Shown: one piece after another, positions 7,197 through 16,851 of the stretch | Numbering within the stretch: position 1 is the first letter of the stretch | How the letters are laid out: each line of letters starts with the position of its first letter | Source of the DNA: Candidatus Stercoripulliclostridium sp. | Lineage (GTDB): Bacteria; Bacillota; Clostridia; Christensenellales; DTU072 | Direction of reading: 5' to 3' | DNA length: 64,000 nt | NCBI GenBank assembly: GCA_045577735.1 | Contig: JAZNIY010000017.1 | Location: 6,972 to 70,971 of the forward strand | Notes under the pieces: generated by a model | What the model saw: only the letters and a program-made list of their open reading frames with translations | What the model was told of the DNA's origin: nothing | The model's database searches: none | Position numbers and translations under genes: made by a program

Positions 7197-8041
7197 TTCA
7201 TACCTCTCGTTTTTAGCACTTCTTCCGTACGAGCACGCAGTCCTACGTACACCACGTTAGAAAGCGGTCCTTCGGTGATAGTTATGTCCATTTGGTCATA
7301 GGCGTTCTTAATGTTATTAAGATAGTAATAAAGCTTTTCCCTAGTGACCTTTTGGATGTTGTCTATAACTTCATCCGTTAATTCTCCCTCCACCTTGAGT
7401 GGGTTATAATTGTCCTTCTTTACGTCTTTTAGTAAATCGTCGTAAGCATCAATTAGGTATATCCATCTACCCAAATTATCTGCAAGTGTAATGAGCAAAT
7501 CGTCATAATTGGGACAGCACGCTTTTGCTACTGCAATAAGCATATCGCCACTTGTTTTTGCCGTTGCATCAATATCCCTAGAACCGGCTTTTTCCAACTC
7601 GTAAAGCTCCTTAAAGCACTCTTGGAGCGCCTTGTCCAATTCGGGATAACGCTTGGACGCACGCTTGTATTTGCCCTTAATATACCACTTGGCAATAAGA
7701 TGTTTTAGACTTCCCCTATCGGCAATATCATCGTATGCTTTGTAGTAACCAAGAATGGTGTTTATGTCCACGACACACTCTTGAACGGGATCGTTAACGA
7801 CAACGCTAAAGGGCTTGCCAATGGGGTGTGCTATGCATAGTGCCTTCTTAAACTTGGGCTCAACCTTATTATAGTTGTGCGCAAGCATGGTTAAAAAGGT
7901 GATATCATAGTTTATCGTAAAACGCATAAGGGGTGGATTTTTACGCCCTATGCTCTTGCAAAGACCACAATAATATGCGCGATAAACCGCGTAGTCTTTA
8001 ATAAGCATATTCGGTTTGTCTGCATTTACGTATCCGAACAT
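7175..8041 (-). CDS. DUF5685-like protein
   Basis: 288 aa. I recalled the N-terminal MFGYVNADKPNMLIKDYAVYRAYYCGLCKSIG signature for this family from memory. The gene overlaps its neighbours on both sides. Confidence 0.55.
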   Translation of the reverse strand: MFGYVNADKPNMLIKDYAVYRAYYCGLCKSIGRKNPPLMRFTINYDITFLTMLAHNYNKVEPKFKKALCIAHPIGKPFSVVVNDPVQECVVDINTILGYYKAYDDIADRGSLKHLIAKWYIKGKYKRASKRYPELDKALQECFKELYELEKAGSRDIDATAKTSGDMLIAVAKACCPNYDDLLITLADNLGRWIYLIDAYDDLLKDVKKDNYNPLKVEGELTDEVIDNIQKVTREKLYYYLNNIKNAYDQMDITITEGPLSNVVYVGLRARTEEVLKTRGMKCKKTLL

Positions 8042-9054
8042 TATTTGAGTTCCACTAATCCTATCTTACGCTTTACTTTGCTTACCGTCTTTCTTGCAAG
8101 GTATCTTGCCTTCTCGGAGCCCTCTTTTGCAACTTGCATTAGATAGCCCTTGTCTTGCATCAAACGATTATATTCTTCCCTAATGGGCTTGAATTTTTCT
8201 ACTACGCTTTCCCCTACTGCTTGCTTAAACTTAGCGTATCCACCATCGCGATAACGCTCTGCAAGGGTTTCCATACTTTCCCCGGTCATTGCACTCATTA
8301 TGGTTAGCAGGTTCATAATGCCCGCCTTATCTTCCCTAATTTCAACGGTGGTTTCACAGTCGGTAACAGCTCTCTTGAATTTACGCATAATGCTATCGGG
8401 ATCCTCAATAATAGCAACGGATGCGTTGGGATCGGGGTCGGACTTTGACATTTTTGCAGTGGGATCTTGCAAACTATATATCTTTTCACCTTGCTTTGCA
8501 ATGTATGCTTCTGGCACGACAAAGGTGGGTGAATACAAGTTGTTAAAGCGAGTAGCAATATCTCTTGTGATTTCCAAGTGTTGCTTTTGGTCAATACCAA
8601 CGGGTACCAAATCAGTTTGATACAATAAAATATCAGACGCCATTAGTACGGGATAATCCAGTAGTCCCATATTAATGTTATCCTCGTTCTTCTTGGACTT
8701 GTCCTTGAATTGCGTCATACGCGTCATTTCGCCGACGTAGGTGTAGCAATTAAGAATCCAACTTAATTCGGTATGCTCGGGAACGTGGGATTGGAAATAA
8801 ATAATTGCCTTTTCTGGGTCGATACCTACTGCAAGATATTGGGCAAAGAAAGAAAGTGCCCTTGCTCTGAATTCAGCGGGATTTTGTCTTACCGTTAGAG
8901 CGTGCAAGTCTGCAATACCAAAAATCGAATTATAGTCGCTTTGAAGCTTCAACCAATTGTCAATAGCACCGATATAATTGCCTATTGTGATAATACCGGT
9001 GGGCTGTATGCCCGAATACACTACCTTTTTAGGTTGATTATTGCTATTTTCCAT
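8041..9054 (-). CDS. trpS: Tryptophan--tRNA ligase
   Basis: 337 aa. KMSKS motif present and class I N-terminal motif region GIQPTG. Confidence 0.93.
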   Translation of the reverse strand: MENSNNQPKKVVYSGIQPTGIITIGNYIGAIDNWLKLQSDYNSIFGIADLHALTVRQNPAEFRARALSFFAQYLAVGIDPEKAIIYFQSHVPEHTELSWILNCYTYVGEMTRMTQFKDKSKKNEDNINMGLLDYPVLMASDILLYQTDLVPVGIDQKQHLEITRDIATRFNNLYSPTFVVPEAYIAKQGEKIYSLQDPTAKMSKSDPDPNASVAIIEDPDSIMRKFKRAVTDCETTVEIREDKAGIMNLLTIMSAMTGESMETLAERYRDGGYAKFKQAVGESVVEKFKPIREEYNRLMQDKGYLMQVAKEGSEKARYLARKTVSKVKRKIGLVELK

Positions 9055-9059
9055 AATTA

Positions 9060-10541
9060 TTATTCCTTTTCAAAGTAGGCAAATATTGCCTTTTCTATCT
9101 CGTTTACTGCTACAACGTCGGTATGGATGGGCTCTAACGTTTCCAGCTCGCTAATTTCCTTGGGTACGTCGGTTAAGGTGTATGAGTGAAGCTTCTTAAC
9201 GGCCTTGAATGGTTCCGGTTCGTCTTTGCCGGAAACGGCTTCATATACGTCGTGAGCAAATTTATAGGGACTTGCAGTAGATACTACTACAGTCTTGGTA
9301 AGATCGCCCGTTTCGGTTAGATAATCGTTGTATGAATTTACTGCTACCGCCGTATGGGGGTCTAGTAGATAATCATAGGTTTCAAAGAAATTGTCTATGG
9401 TTGCCTCTGTTCCCTCTTCATCTGAACTATATGCCAAAAATTCGGGGATCTTGTCAAAGATTTCCTCTAAATCCACTTTGTATTCGCCATTGTTCTTCAA
9501 ACTATCCATTAGCTCGCGTACCTTGGAAGCATCCCTATCGAAAATTTCAAAGAGTAGTCTTTCTAGGTTGGAACTAATTAAAATGTCCATACTGGGACTC
9601 ATAGTTTTGTGGAAGGGACGATTAATATCGTACTTGCCGGTAGTAAAGAACTCGGTCAGTACGTTGTTTATGTTGGAAGCAACTATCAATTTGCTTACGG
9701 GAAGTCCCATCTTCTTTGCGTAGTAACCGGCTAGAACGTCACCGAAATTACCGGTAGGAACGACAAAATTAATCTCTTCCCCTTCTCTTATTTCTTCACA
9801 ACCAAGCATATCTACGTAGGCGGAAATATAGTATACGATTTGAGGAACAAGTCTACCCCAGTTAATGGAGTTTGCACTTGAAAGAGCATATCCCAGTTTT
9901 TCAAACCTTGCCTTTGCCTCTTGTGAGTTGAAGATTCTCTTAACCGCGCTTTGTGCATCGTCAAAATTACCCTTTATGCCTAAAACGTGCACGTTATTGC
10001 CGTTTGAGGTTTGCATTTGCAATTTTTGAAGAGCAGATACGCCTTCGCTGGGATAGATAACTACTATTTCCGTTCCATCAACGTTCTTAAAGCCCTCTAT
10101 GGCAGCCTTACCGGTATCACCACTCGTTGCAACAAGTATAAGGGTTTTCTTGTCCGAACCACATTTCTTGTGAGCTGCTCCCATCAAGTGGGGAAGTAAC
10201 GTCAAAGCAATGTCCTTGAACGCAAGGGTGGGGCCATGGAACAACTCCATAACGTAGGTGGTTTCATCAATACCAACTACGGGAGCCGGTTCACCGTCAA
10301 ACCTTGCATACGCCTTGCGCGCGTAATCAAGAAGCTCTGCTTCCGTATAATCGCTAAGAAACATACCAAGGATGCAGGCTGCACGCTCTGCGTAATCCAT
10401 GGTTATCATATTGCGTAAATCTTCACTGGTTAGTTTTGGAAAAAATGACGGAACATAAAGTCCGCCATCTTCAGCAATCCCTTTAAGGATAGCGGTACCG
10501 GCACTAACTGCACCTAGTCCGCGAGTGCTAATGAAGTCCAT
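9060..10541 (-). CDS. thrC: Threonine synthase
   Basis: 493 aa with PLP-lysine context FHGPTLAFKD. Confidence 0.9.
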   Translation of the reverse strand: MDFISTRGLGAVSAGTAILKGIAEDGGLYVPSFFPKLTSEDLRNMITMDYAERAACILGMFLSDYTEAELLDYARKAYARFDGEPAPVVGIDETTYVMELFHGPTLAFKDIALTLLPHLMGAAHKKCGSDKKTLILVATSGDTGKAAIEGFKNVDGTEIVVIYPSEGVSALQKLQMQTSNGNNVHVLGIKGNFDDAQSAVKRIFNSQEAKARFEKLGYALSSANSINWGRLVPQIVYYISAYVDMLGCEEIREGEEINFVVPTGNFGDVLAGYYAKKMGLPVSKLIVASNINNVLTEFFTTGKYDINRPFHKTMSPSMDILISSNLERLLFEIFDRDASKVRELMDSLKNNGEYKVDLEEIFDKIPEFLAYSSDEEGTEATIDNFFETYDYLLDPHTAVAVNSYNDYLTETGDLTKTVVVSTASPYKFAHDVYEAVSGKDEPEPFKAVKKLHSYTLTDVPKEISELETLEPIHTDVVAVNEIEKAIFAYFEKE

Positions 10542-10550
10542 AATTACTCC

Positions 10551-10964
10551 TTATTTGTCTGCGATTTCCTTTAAGAACTCGGGAAGTTCTTCGTAATCGG
10601 CGGATATAGTTAACACGAAAGTTGCTTCGCTCTTAGTAGCGATTGCTTTTAATCTTTCAAAGAAACTTGCCATTTCACTAATATCTTTGCCTATCATTCT
10701 TGCTACACCATCGATGTAGAACAAGCGAATGTCATAGTTTGCTTCTATCATACCTTGGATGAAACCTAGTAGGCCGTCTTCGGTTTTAATATTAGAATCT
10801 TTAGAGTTGGTAAATCTAATTTGATATTTGATTTCCCTGATGTAGCGAGAAGTATCAGAAATAAAGACGATATCTCCAAGTTCCTTCGCAATACTGGAGT
10901 TCGCCTGGTCGATTATCCTTTTGGTTTTACCTGAACCTTTTGAGCCGTAAATAATTTGTATCAT
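10551..10964 (-). CDS. Small P-loop NTPase-like protein, unknown function
   Basis: 137 aa with Walker A motif GSKGSGKT. Confidence 0.5.
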   Translation of the reverse strand: MIQIIYGSKGSGKTKRIIDQANSSIAKELGDIVFISDTSRYIREIKYQIRFTNSKDSNIKTEDGLLGFIQGMIEANYDIRLFYIDGVARMIGKDISEMASFFERLKAIATKSEATFVLTISADYEELPEFLKEIADK

Positions 10965-11076
10965 AATTCCTCACTAATTATATAGTTCAATAATTAAAAT
11001 ATTATTGATATATTTATTGTATCATCTTTTGTAAATATTTCAAGGGGGTAAATTCAATTTTCACCAAACCTTAACA

Positions 11077-12474
11077 TTATTTGTGTTGCATTAGTTTTCT
11101 ATATCTTGGTTTATCTATACGTGCGATGATGTTTAAAACTTCTTCATCACTTATAACCGTATTTCTTCCTTCAAGATACTCTTTGTCGATCTCTTCCTTT
11201 ATAGCAATAACTATGGGATCGCGCTTGTCAATCTTCTTCTTGTCGGGTAGATTGAAGTATGCGTTAATCCAAAATGCTATGCCGGCAAGTCCTGAGTGAG
11301 AGTCGATTGCTACCAGCGGAGGACGATTGAGTATCTTTTGGGTGTTGAATATATTGTAGATTTCCTCGTCTTTAAGCATACCGTCAGCGTGTATACCTGC
11401 TTTGGTAAGGTTAAACGCTCTACCTACGAAGGGCGTGCGTGGAGGAATCTTGTAGCCAAGTTCGTTTTCGAAATACTCTGCTATTTCGGTTATAACGCTC
11501 AAATCCATGCCATCGGTAGTGCCACGAATGGAAGCGTATTCAATAGCCATAGCTTCAAGAGGACAGTTACCCGTTCTTTCACCTATTCCAAGTAGCGAAC
11601 AGTTGACGCCACTACATCCGTATAACCAAGCAGTTGCTGCGTTGGTAACAACCTTGTAGAAGTCGTTGTGTCCGTGCCACTCTAGAAGTGACGAAGGTAT
11701 TTCTGCATAGTGATTTAAACCATATATAATACCGGGAACGGAACGAGGCATTGCAGCACCGGGGTAGGTTACGCCATAACCCAAAGTGTCACAGCAACGT
11801 ATTTTAATTGGTATGCCACTCTCGTCCATAAGTTCCTTTAGTGCCGTTGCAAACGGAACAACGAAGCCATAGTAGTCGGCACGGGTAATGTCTTCAAAGT
11901 GACAACGAGGACGAACACCAATTGACAAGGCGTCTTTGACAATACCAAGATACTTGTCTATTGCTTGCTTACGAGTCAAATTCATCTTCTTGAAAATGTG
12001 GTAGTCCGAGCAAGACACAAGTATGCCCGTTTCCTTTAGTCCCATTTCCTTTACCAAACGGAAATCCTTTTCATTTGCACGTATCCAAGACGTAACTTCG
12101 GGAAACTCTAACCCAAGGTCTAGGCACCTGTTTACAGCCTCTTTATCCTTTTCACTATAAATGAAGAACTCCGATTGACGAACCAAGCCATTAGGACCAC
12201 CAAGCTTGGAAATTAGTTTATAGAGGTCAACTATTTGCTCTACCGTAAAAGGTTGTTGCGCTTGTTGTCCGTCACGGAAAGTGGTGTCCGTCATCCAAAT
12301 TTCTTCCGGACACAACATTGGAACGTGAGTAAAGTTAAAGAGCGTTTTCGGTATGCTCTCATAGTCGAACATCGTACGGAAAAGTTGGGGCTCTTCCACG
12401 TCTTGTAAAGTATGGGTAAAGTTGTGCGTTTCCAGAAGATTACGCGTTTCATTGTAAAAAATCTTATCTTTCAT
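11077..12474 (-). CDS. HMGL-like (isopropylmalate/homocitrate synthase family) enzyme, possibly Re-citrate synthase
   Basis: TDTTFRDGQQ and HGHNDF motifs. About 60 aa of N-terminal extension. The specific activity is an inference. Confidence 0.6.
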   Translation of the reverse strand: MKDKIFYNETRNLLETHNFTHTLQDVEEPQLFRTMFDYESIPKTLFNFTHVPMLCPEEIWMTDTTFRDGQQAQQPFTVEQIVDLYKLISKLGGPNGLVRQSEFFIYSEKDKEAVNRCLDLGLEFPEVTSWIRANEKDFRLVKEMGLKETGILVSCSDYHIFKKMNLTRKQAIDKYLGIVKDALSIGVRPRCHFEDITRADYYGFVVPFATALKELMDESGIPIKIRCCDTLGYGVTYPGAAMPRSVPGIIYGLNHYAEIPSSLLEWHGHNDFYKVVTNAATAWLYGCSGVNCSLLGIGERTGNCPLEAMAIEYASIRGTTDGMDLSVITEIAEYFENELGYKIPPRTPFVGRAFNLTKAGIHADGMLKDEEIYNIFNTQKILNRPPLVAIDSHSGLAGIAFWINAYFNLPDKKKIDKRDPIVIAIKEEIDKEYLEGRNTVISDEEVLNIIARIDKPRYRKLMQHK

Positions 12475-12498
12475 ACTTACTCCTTCGTGTCTTGGGGG

Positions 12499-13566
12499 TT
12501 AGTCGGAAATTTTTGCAAGCTTTGCAGTTTGATCGGCAAGAGCCAATGCTTCTACCATTTGGAACATATCCCCATTCATAAACTCACCAAGAGAATATAG
12601 CGTAAAGCCTATGCGATGGTCGGTAACTCTTCCTTGTGGGAAGTTATAGGTTCTAATACGTTCAGAACGGTCACCGGTACCAACTTGTGTTTTACGATTT
12701 TCGGCATATTCCTTGTCTTTAAGGGTGCGGAAGTGGTCGTACAAACGGGAGTTCATAACCTTCCAGGCCTTTTCCCTATTCTTAATTTGGGAACGTTCAT
12801 CTTGACATTCAACTACGATACCGGTGGGTAAGTGGGTAATACGAACGGCAGATTCCGTCTTGTTAACGTGTTGTCCACCTGCACCACCTGAACGATAGGT
12901 ATCAATCTTAAAATCTTTTTCGTTATACTCAACGGCTACTTCTTCAGCTTCGGGCAAAACTGCTACGGTAACGGTTGAAGTGTGTACTCTGCCTTGAGAT
13001 TCGGTTTCGGGAACGCGTTGAACGCGGTGAACGCCACTTTCATACTTCATTTTGGAGTATGCGCCTTTACCATTAATCATAAATACGGCTTCTTTAACGC
13101 CACCTAGTTCGGTTTGGTTAACGTTAATATCTTCCACCTTCCAACGCAATCTATCAGCGAAGAAATGGTACATTCTCATAAGTTCATATGCGAAAAGTGC
13201 CGCCTCTTCACCACCGGCACCACCACGAATTTCAATAATAACGTTCTTTTCGTCCATGGGGTCTTTGGGAAGTAGCATAATCTTGATTTCGCCCTCAAGA
13301 GCATCCTTTTTGTCGCGCAAATCGTAGTATTCGATTTCTGCCATTTCCGCCATTTCCTTATCGTCGGCTTTCATCATTTCCTTGCAGTCTGCCATTTGCT
13401 CTTCGAATGCAAGATATTGTTCGTAAGCTTCTACAACGGGTCCAAGTTGAGAGTGTTCTTTAACAAGCTTTTGCCACTCTTCTTGCTTAGCTACGATTTC
13501 GGGCTTGCCGATTAATTCGTTTAGTTCGGCGAAACGCACGCGCATTAAATCCAATTTTTCAAACAT
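12499..13566 (-). CDS. prfA: Peptide chain release factor 1
   Basis: 355 aa with the GGQHVNKT motif. Confidence 0.95.
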   Translation of the reverse strand: MFEKLDLMRVRFAELNELIGKPEIVAKQEEWQKLVKEHSQLGPVVEAYEQYLAFEEQMADCKEMMKADDKEMAEMAEIEYYDLRDKKDALEGEIKIMLLPKDPMDEKNVIIEIRGGAGGEEAALFAYELMRMYHFFADRLRWKVEDINVNQTELGGVKEAVFMINGKGAYSKMKYESGVHRVQRVPETESQGRVHTSTVTVAVLPEAEEVAVEYNEKDFKIDTYRSGGAGGQHVNKTESAVRITHLPTGIVVECQDERSQIKNREKAWKVMNSRLYDHFRTLKDKEYAENRKTQVGTGDRSERIRTYNFPQGRVTDHRIGFTLYSLGEFMNGDMFQMVEALALADQTAKLAKISD

Positions 13567-13567
13567 A

Positions 13568-15373
13568 TTATTCTCCCTTGCGGATTATCGCTACCCTGTC
13601 TATAGGGGGATTATTATAGTCTTTTACAAACTCTACGGCGCCAAATAGTTCCTCTATTTGCTCCCTTTGACCTACGCCTATTTCCAACATCAAAGTGCCG
13701 TTTTCGTTCAAATAATTCTTGTATTCGCTTGCAATTTTGCGATATATATCCATGCCGTCCTCGCCTCCGTCAAGGGCAAGTCTGGGTTCGTAGTCCTTAA
13801 CCTCTTGTTCCAAAGTTTCTACAACTGATGAAGGAATATAAGGAGGATTAATAAGAATAAAATCATATTTATCCTTTATATTTTCAAACAAATTACTCTC
13901 TATGAATTGTATGCTAGCACACTTTTCCAATGCGTTTATGAGAGCAACGTTCAGGGCGTCCAAGGAAACGTCGCTTGCACTAACAACTGCTTTAGAGTTA
14001 AGCGCGACCGTTATGGCGATAGCACCGGAACCCGTGCACATATCCAGCACTTTAACTTCCCTATCACCAATCTCTTTAAGTGCTCTTTCCACTAGAATTT
14101 CGGTGTCGAAACGAGGAATTAGCACCCTCTTGTCTACCTTAAATTCACTATTATAGAAATATGCAACGCCTAGTAGATATTGCAATGGTTCGTTGGTTTC
14201 CACCCTCTTCTTGCAAATTTCTAACGCTCTGTCGGCTATATCCTTATATATTACCACGGCACTATTCAAGGCTTGACGATTTTCATAGCCACAGAGAGTC
14301 ATTAGAATTTCTTCGTTTTCGTGTTGACGATCGACGTTTATAGCATTCATATCGCCAAGAATCTTTTTGACGGTTACCGAGGTGCGGAAGGTGCTAACCT
14401 CCTTTTCCTCATCACTTTCGAGCTCCAAAACCGTTGTAAAAGCAGTGATTGCTACTTCTATCATACTTTCATCGGGCTCTCTCGTGGTTATGAGTTGCAT
14501 TGCTCTACCAGGGGCCTTTAATATGCGAGCAAAAACGTTGTCGTACTTTGCAAACAACTTTAAGGCTTCGTAGCTAAGGCCTGCAATCAAGGGAAGGGCT
14601 CCCAGCCTAATTAATATTTCGTATATTTGTTTTTCGGGCTTCCATCCACTGAGTGCCTCAACCAGTGAGAAGAATACTGCAAAAAACAATATGGATACCA
14701 TCATTACTATGAACATAAAGTTGGTACCGCATCTGTCGTGCAAACGAGAGTGCTTTTTAACGTTTTCGGGCGTCAATTCCTCGCCTGCTTCGTAACAGGC
14801 AATGGTCTTGTGCTCTGCTCCGTGATAGGCAAAAAGCCTTTTTATCTCTTTCATGGACGACACGGCCAAAAGATAGCCTATGAATATTAAAATTCTAACC
14901 AAGCCTAACGCCAAATTCTCCACGAAATTAGCCCAAACACCTAAAGGGCTCATATCAATAAGCCCAAAAACGAAATTCTTTATTAAGGTGGGTACGATTA
15001 TAAATAAGCCGACAGCAAGTGCAAGTCCTAACACTAAACCGATATAAGTTGCGATTTTTACGGTATCGATTTTAAAGTGCTTTTGTAGCCATTCGTCTGC
15101 TTTGGTCGGTTCGCTTTCTACTTCTTCGCCGTAAACTTCGCCCGAACGCATAATGAGTTGCGAACCACCTATAAGACTATTGACAAAACTCAAAACGCCC
15201 CTAACAACGGGAATTTTGTAGGCAATAGACTTTTTTTCGGGTAGACGCTTGCTTTCTACTTGAACGTTGCCATAAGGGTCGCGTACGGCAACTGCCTCTG
15301 CAGTCTTGCCACGCATCATTACGCCCTCAAGAACGGCTTGTCCACCTATGTTGGTACAATTCTTCCTTGCCAT
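13568..15373 (-). CDS. prmC: DUF1385 domain fused to release-factor glutamine methyltransferase
   Basis: 601 aa. N-terminal GGQAVLEGVMMRG membrane domain. C-terminal SAM motif VLDMCTGSGAIA and NPPY. Confidence 0.8.
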   Translation of the reverse strand: MARKNCTNIGGQAVLEGVMMRGKTAEAVAVRDPYGNVQVESKRLPEKKSIAYKIPVVRGVLSFVNSLIGGSQLIMRSGEVYGEEVESEPTKADEWLQKHFKIDTVKIATYIGLVLGLALAVGLFIIVPTLIKNFVFGLIDMSPLGVWANFVENLALGLVRILIFIGYLLAVSSMKEIKRLFAYHGAEHKTIACYEAGEELTPENVKKHSRLHDRCGTNFMFIVMMVSILFFAVFFSLVEALSGWKPEKQIYEILIRLGALPLIAGLSYEALKLFAKYDNVFARILKAPGRAMQLITTREPDESMIEVAITAFTTVLELESDEEKEVSTFRTSVTVKKILGDMNAINVDRQHENEEILMTLCGYENRQALNSAVVIYKDIADRALEICKKRVETNEPLQYLLGVAYFYNSEFKVDKRVLIPRFDTEILVERALKEIGDREVKVLDMCTGSGAIAITVALNSKAVVSASDVSLDALNVALINALEKCASIQFIESNLFENIKDKYDFILINPPYIPSSVVETLEQEVKDYEPRLALDGGEDGMDIYRKIASEYKNYLNENGTLMLEIGVGQREQIEELFGAVEFVKDYNNPPIDRVAIIRKGE

Positions 15374-15390
15374 ATTTTTATATCCAATTT

Positions 15391-15420
15391 AACAAAATAG
15401 GTGCAGATTCAACTGCACCT
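15391..15420 (-). terminator. Rho-independent terminator after rpmE
   Basis: Hairpin aggtgcag/ctgcacct (15399-15420) followed by a T-run on the minus strand. Confidence 0.7.
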
Positions 15421-15445
15421 ACCTAGAAATTGCTGTTTTTTAAAA

Positions 15446-15652
15446 CTATTTTCTGCCGTAACGCTTGTTGAATTGATCAACTCTTCCGCCTGCATCTACA
15501 ACCTTTTGTTTGCCGGTGTAGAAGGGATGGCATTGGCTACAAATATCAACTTTGAGAACGTCAACGTTCTTGGTGGTGCCTGCTCTGAATTTTGCGCCAC
15601 AAGCACATACAACGTCAACTACTTTATAGTTAGGATGGATTTTTTCTTTCAT
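15446..15652 (-). CDS. rpmE: 50S ribosomal protein L31
   Basis: 68 aa starting MKEKIHPNY, with Cys pairs of the Zn-ribbon type. Confidence 0.93.
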   Translation of the reverse strand: MKEKIHPNYKVVDVVCACGAKFRAGTTKNVDVLKVDICSQCHPFYTGKQKVVDAGGRVDQFNKRYGRK

Positions 15653-15697
15653 ATCTATTTACCTCTTTGCTCATATTTTTCGTAAAAGTGCTTAATT

Positions 15698-15726
15698 ATT
15701 ATAATTATAATATTTAAGTATGTCAA
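15698..15726 (-). promoter_or_regulatory. Consensus sigma-A promoter for rpmE
   Basis: TTGACA, a 17-nt spacer, then TATAAT, read on the minus strand. Confidence 0.65.
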
Positions 15727-15771
15727 CTAATTTTAAGTGACATATTTTATTTTTCCTTGCTTTTTGACTGT

Positions 15772-16767
15772 TTATACTCTTATTACCGCGCCCAGATAAC
15801 GGAAATTATCCTCCGACATCTCCGTAAAGAGCGTTTTTGCCTCTTGTAGAGGTACAATATGGTCGATAAAACCTTCAAAATTAAGAATTTTTTGTGCAAG
15901 TACGTTAATAGCTGAATTAAACTCTTGCAAGCCACAACTCACACCCTTAACCGTCAGGTTGTTTTTAGCAATCAAACTAACGTCTACTTCTTGACGCGGG
16001 ATATAGTTGCTGTTTAGGGCGCAAATTATGCAGTCTCCACCACGGGAAGCAAGGGAGTAGGCAAAACCTGGCGTTACGTTTTCTAGTGAGTGTTGTACGG
16101 TATGGTCGGCCATTCTGCCACCTGTTATGGAGAACACCTTTTTCTTAACGTCTTCCAGTCTTTCGTTAATCGTGTAATATACTCCCACTTTTTCAGCAAG
16201 AGCAAGCGCACGCTCGTCTGCTCCTATGACAATGGGAATAGCTTGATAATAAAGTGCGAGCTGAGCCGTAACGTTTATTAGTAGCGAGTTACCGATTAAT
16301 GCAATATACTCCCCTTTTTCGGGCTTAATTTCATTAATAATGCCAAGGGCTACCGCCACTATATCGGTAAAAATGGCCTCGTCCTCTTTAACCTCTTCGG
16401 GGAAAGGAATAACGTTGTCCATGGGTAGAGAAACGAAGTCACGCAAAAAGCCGTCTTGATTGATGCCATACACGTCTACGTCCGTGTATTCATCTTCTTC
16501 CGGCACAATGGGGTTGACGTAAGGATTCAAAAGTACTCTTGAGCCAAGTTTGAGACCATACTCGGGACGATCTTCGCTTACCACGGCAGTAGCCAAACGA
16601 CAAGGCACTCTGGGATAATCTATGTCCAGCTTGCCCTCAAACACGGAAAGATCGGCAAGCGTGGGATAAACCATGCTTATCTTTAATTTAATTAGTTCTT
16701 CCGGAGAATTATTCTCCAGTTCAACCACTTTAAAATCTTTGTTGCCGTTTGCGGTATATAATTTCAT
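15772..16767 (-). CDS. MDR-superfamily (alcohol dehydrogenase-like) oxidoreductase
   Basis: 331 aa with a GroES-like N-terminal part and a Rossmann-like part. Catalytic Zn ligands are not evident. Confidence 0.5.
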   Translation of the reverse strand: MKLYTANGNKDFKVVELENNSPEELIKLKISMVYPTLADLSVFEGKLDIDYPRVPCRLATAVVSEDRPEYGLKLGSRVLLNPYVNPIVPEEDEYTDVDVYGINQDGFLRDFVSLPMDNVIPFPEEVKEDEAIFTDIVAVALGIINEIKPEKGEYIALIGNSLLINVTAQLALYYQAIPIVIGADERALALAEKVGVYYTINERLEDVKKKVFSITGGRMADHTVQHSLENVTPGFAYSLASRGGDCIICALNSNYIPRQEVDVSLIAKNNLTVKGVSCGLQEFNSAINVLAQKILNFEGFIDHIVPLQEAKTLFTEMSEDNFRYLGAVIRV

Positions 16768-16851
16768 TTATCTCTCCCCATTGAAAGTAAAATCATTATA
16801 CCACGAATACCCCTCTTTTGCAATACCCAATTATGGTGATAAATCTAATTT

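Noticed and set aside
9055-9059. T-box leader expected upstream of trpS.
   Set aside because: trpS follows thrC after a gap of only 5 nt, so there is no room for a leader. Regulation must act further upstream, if at all.
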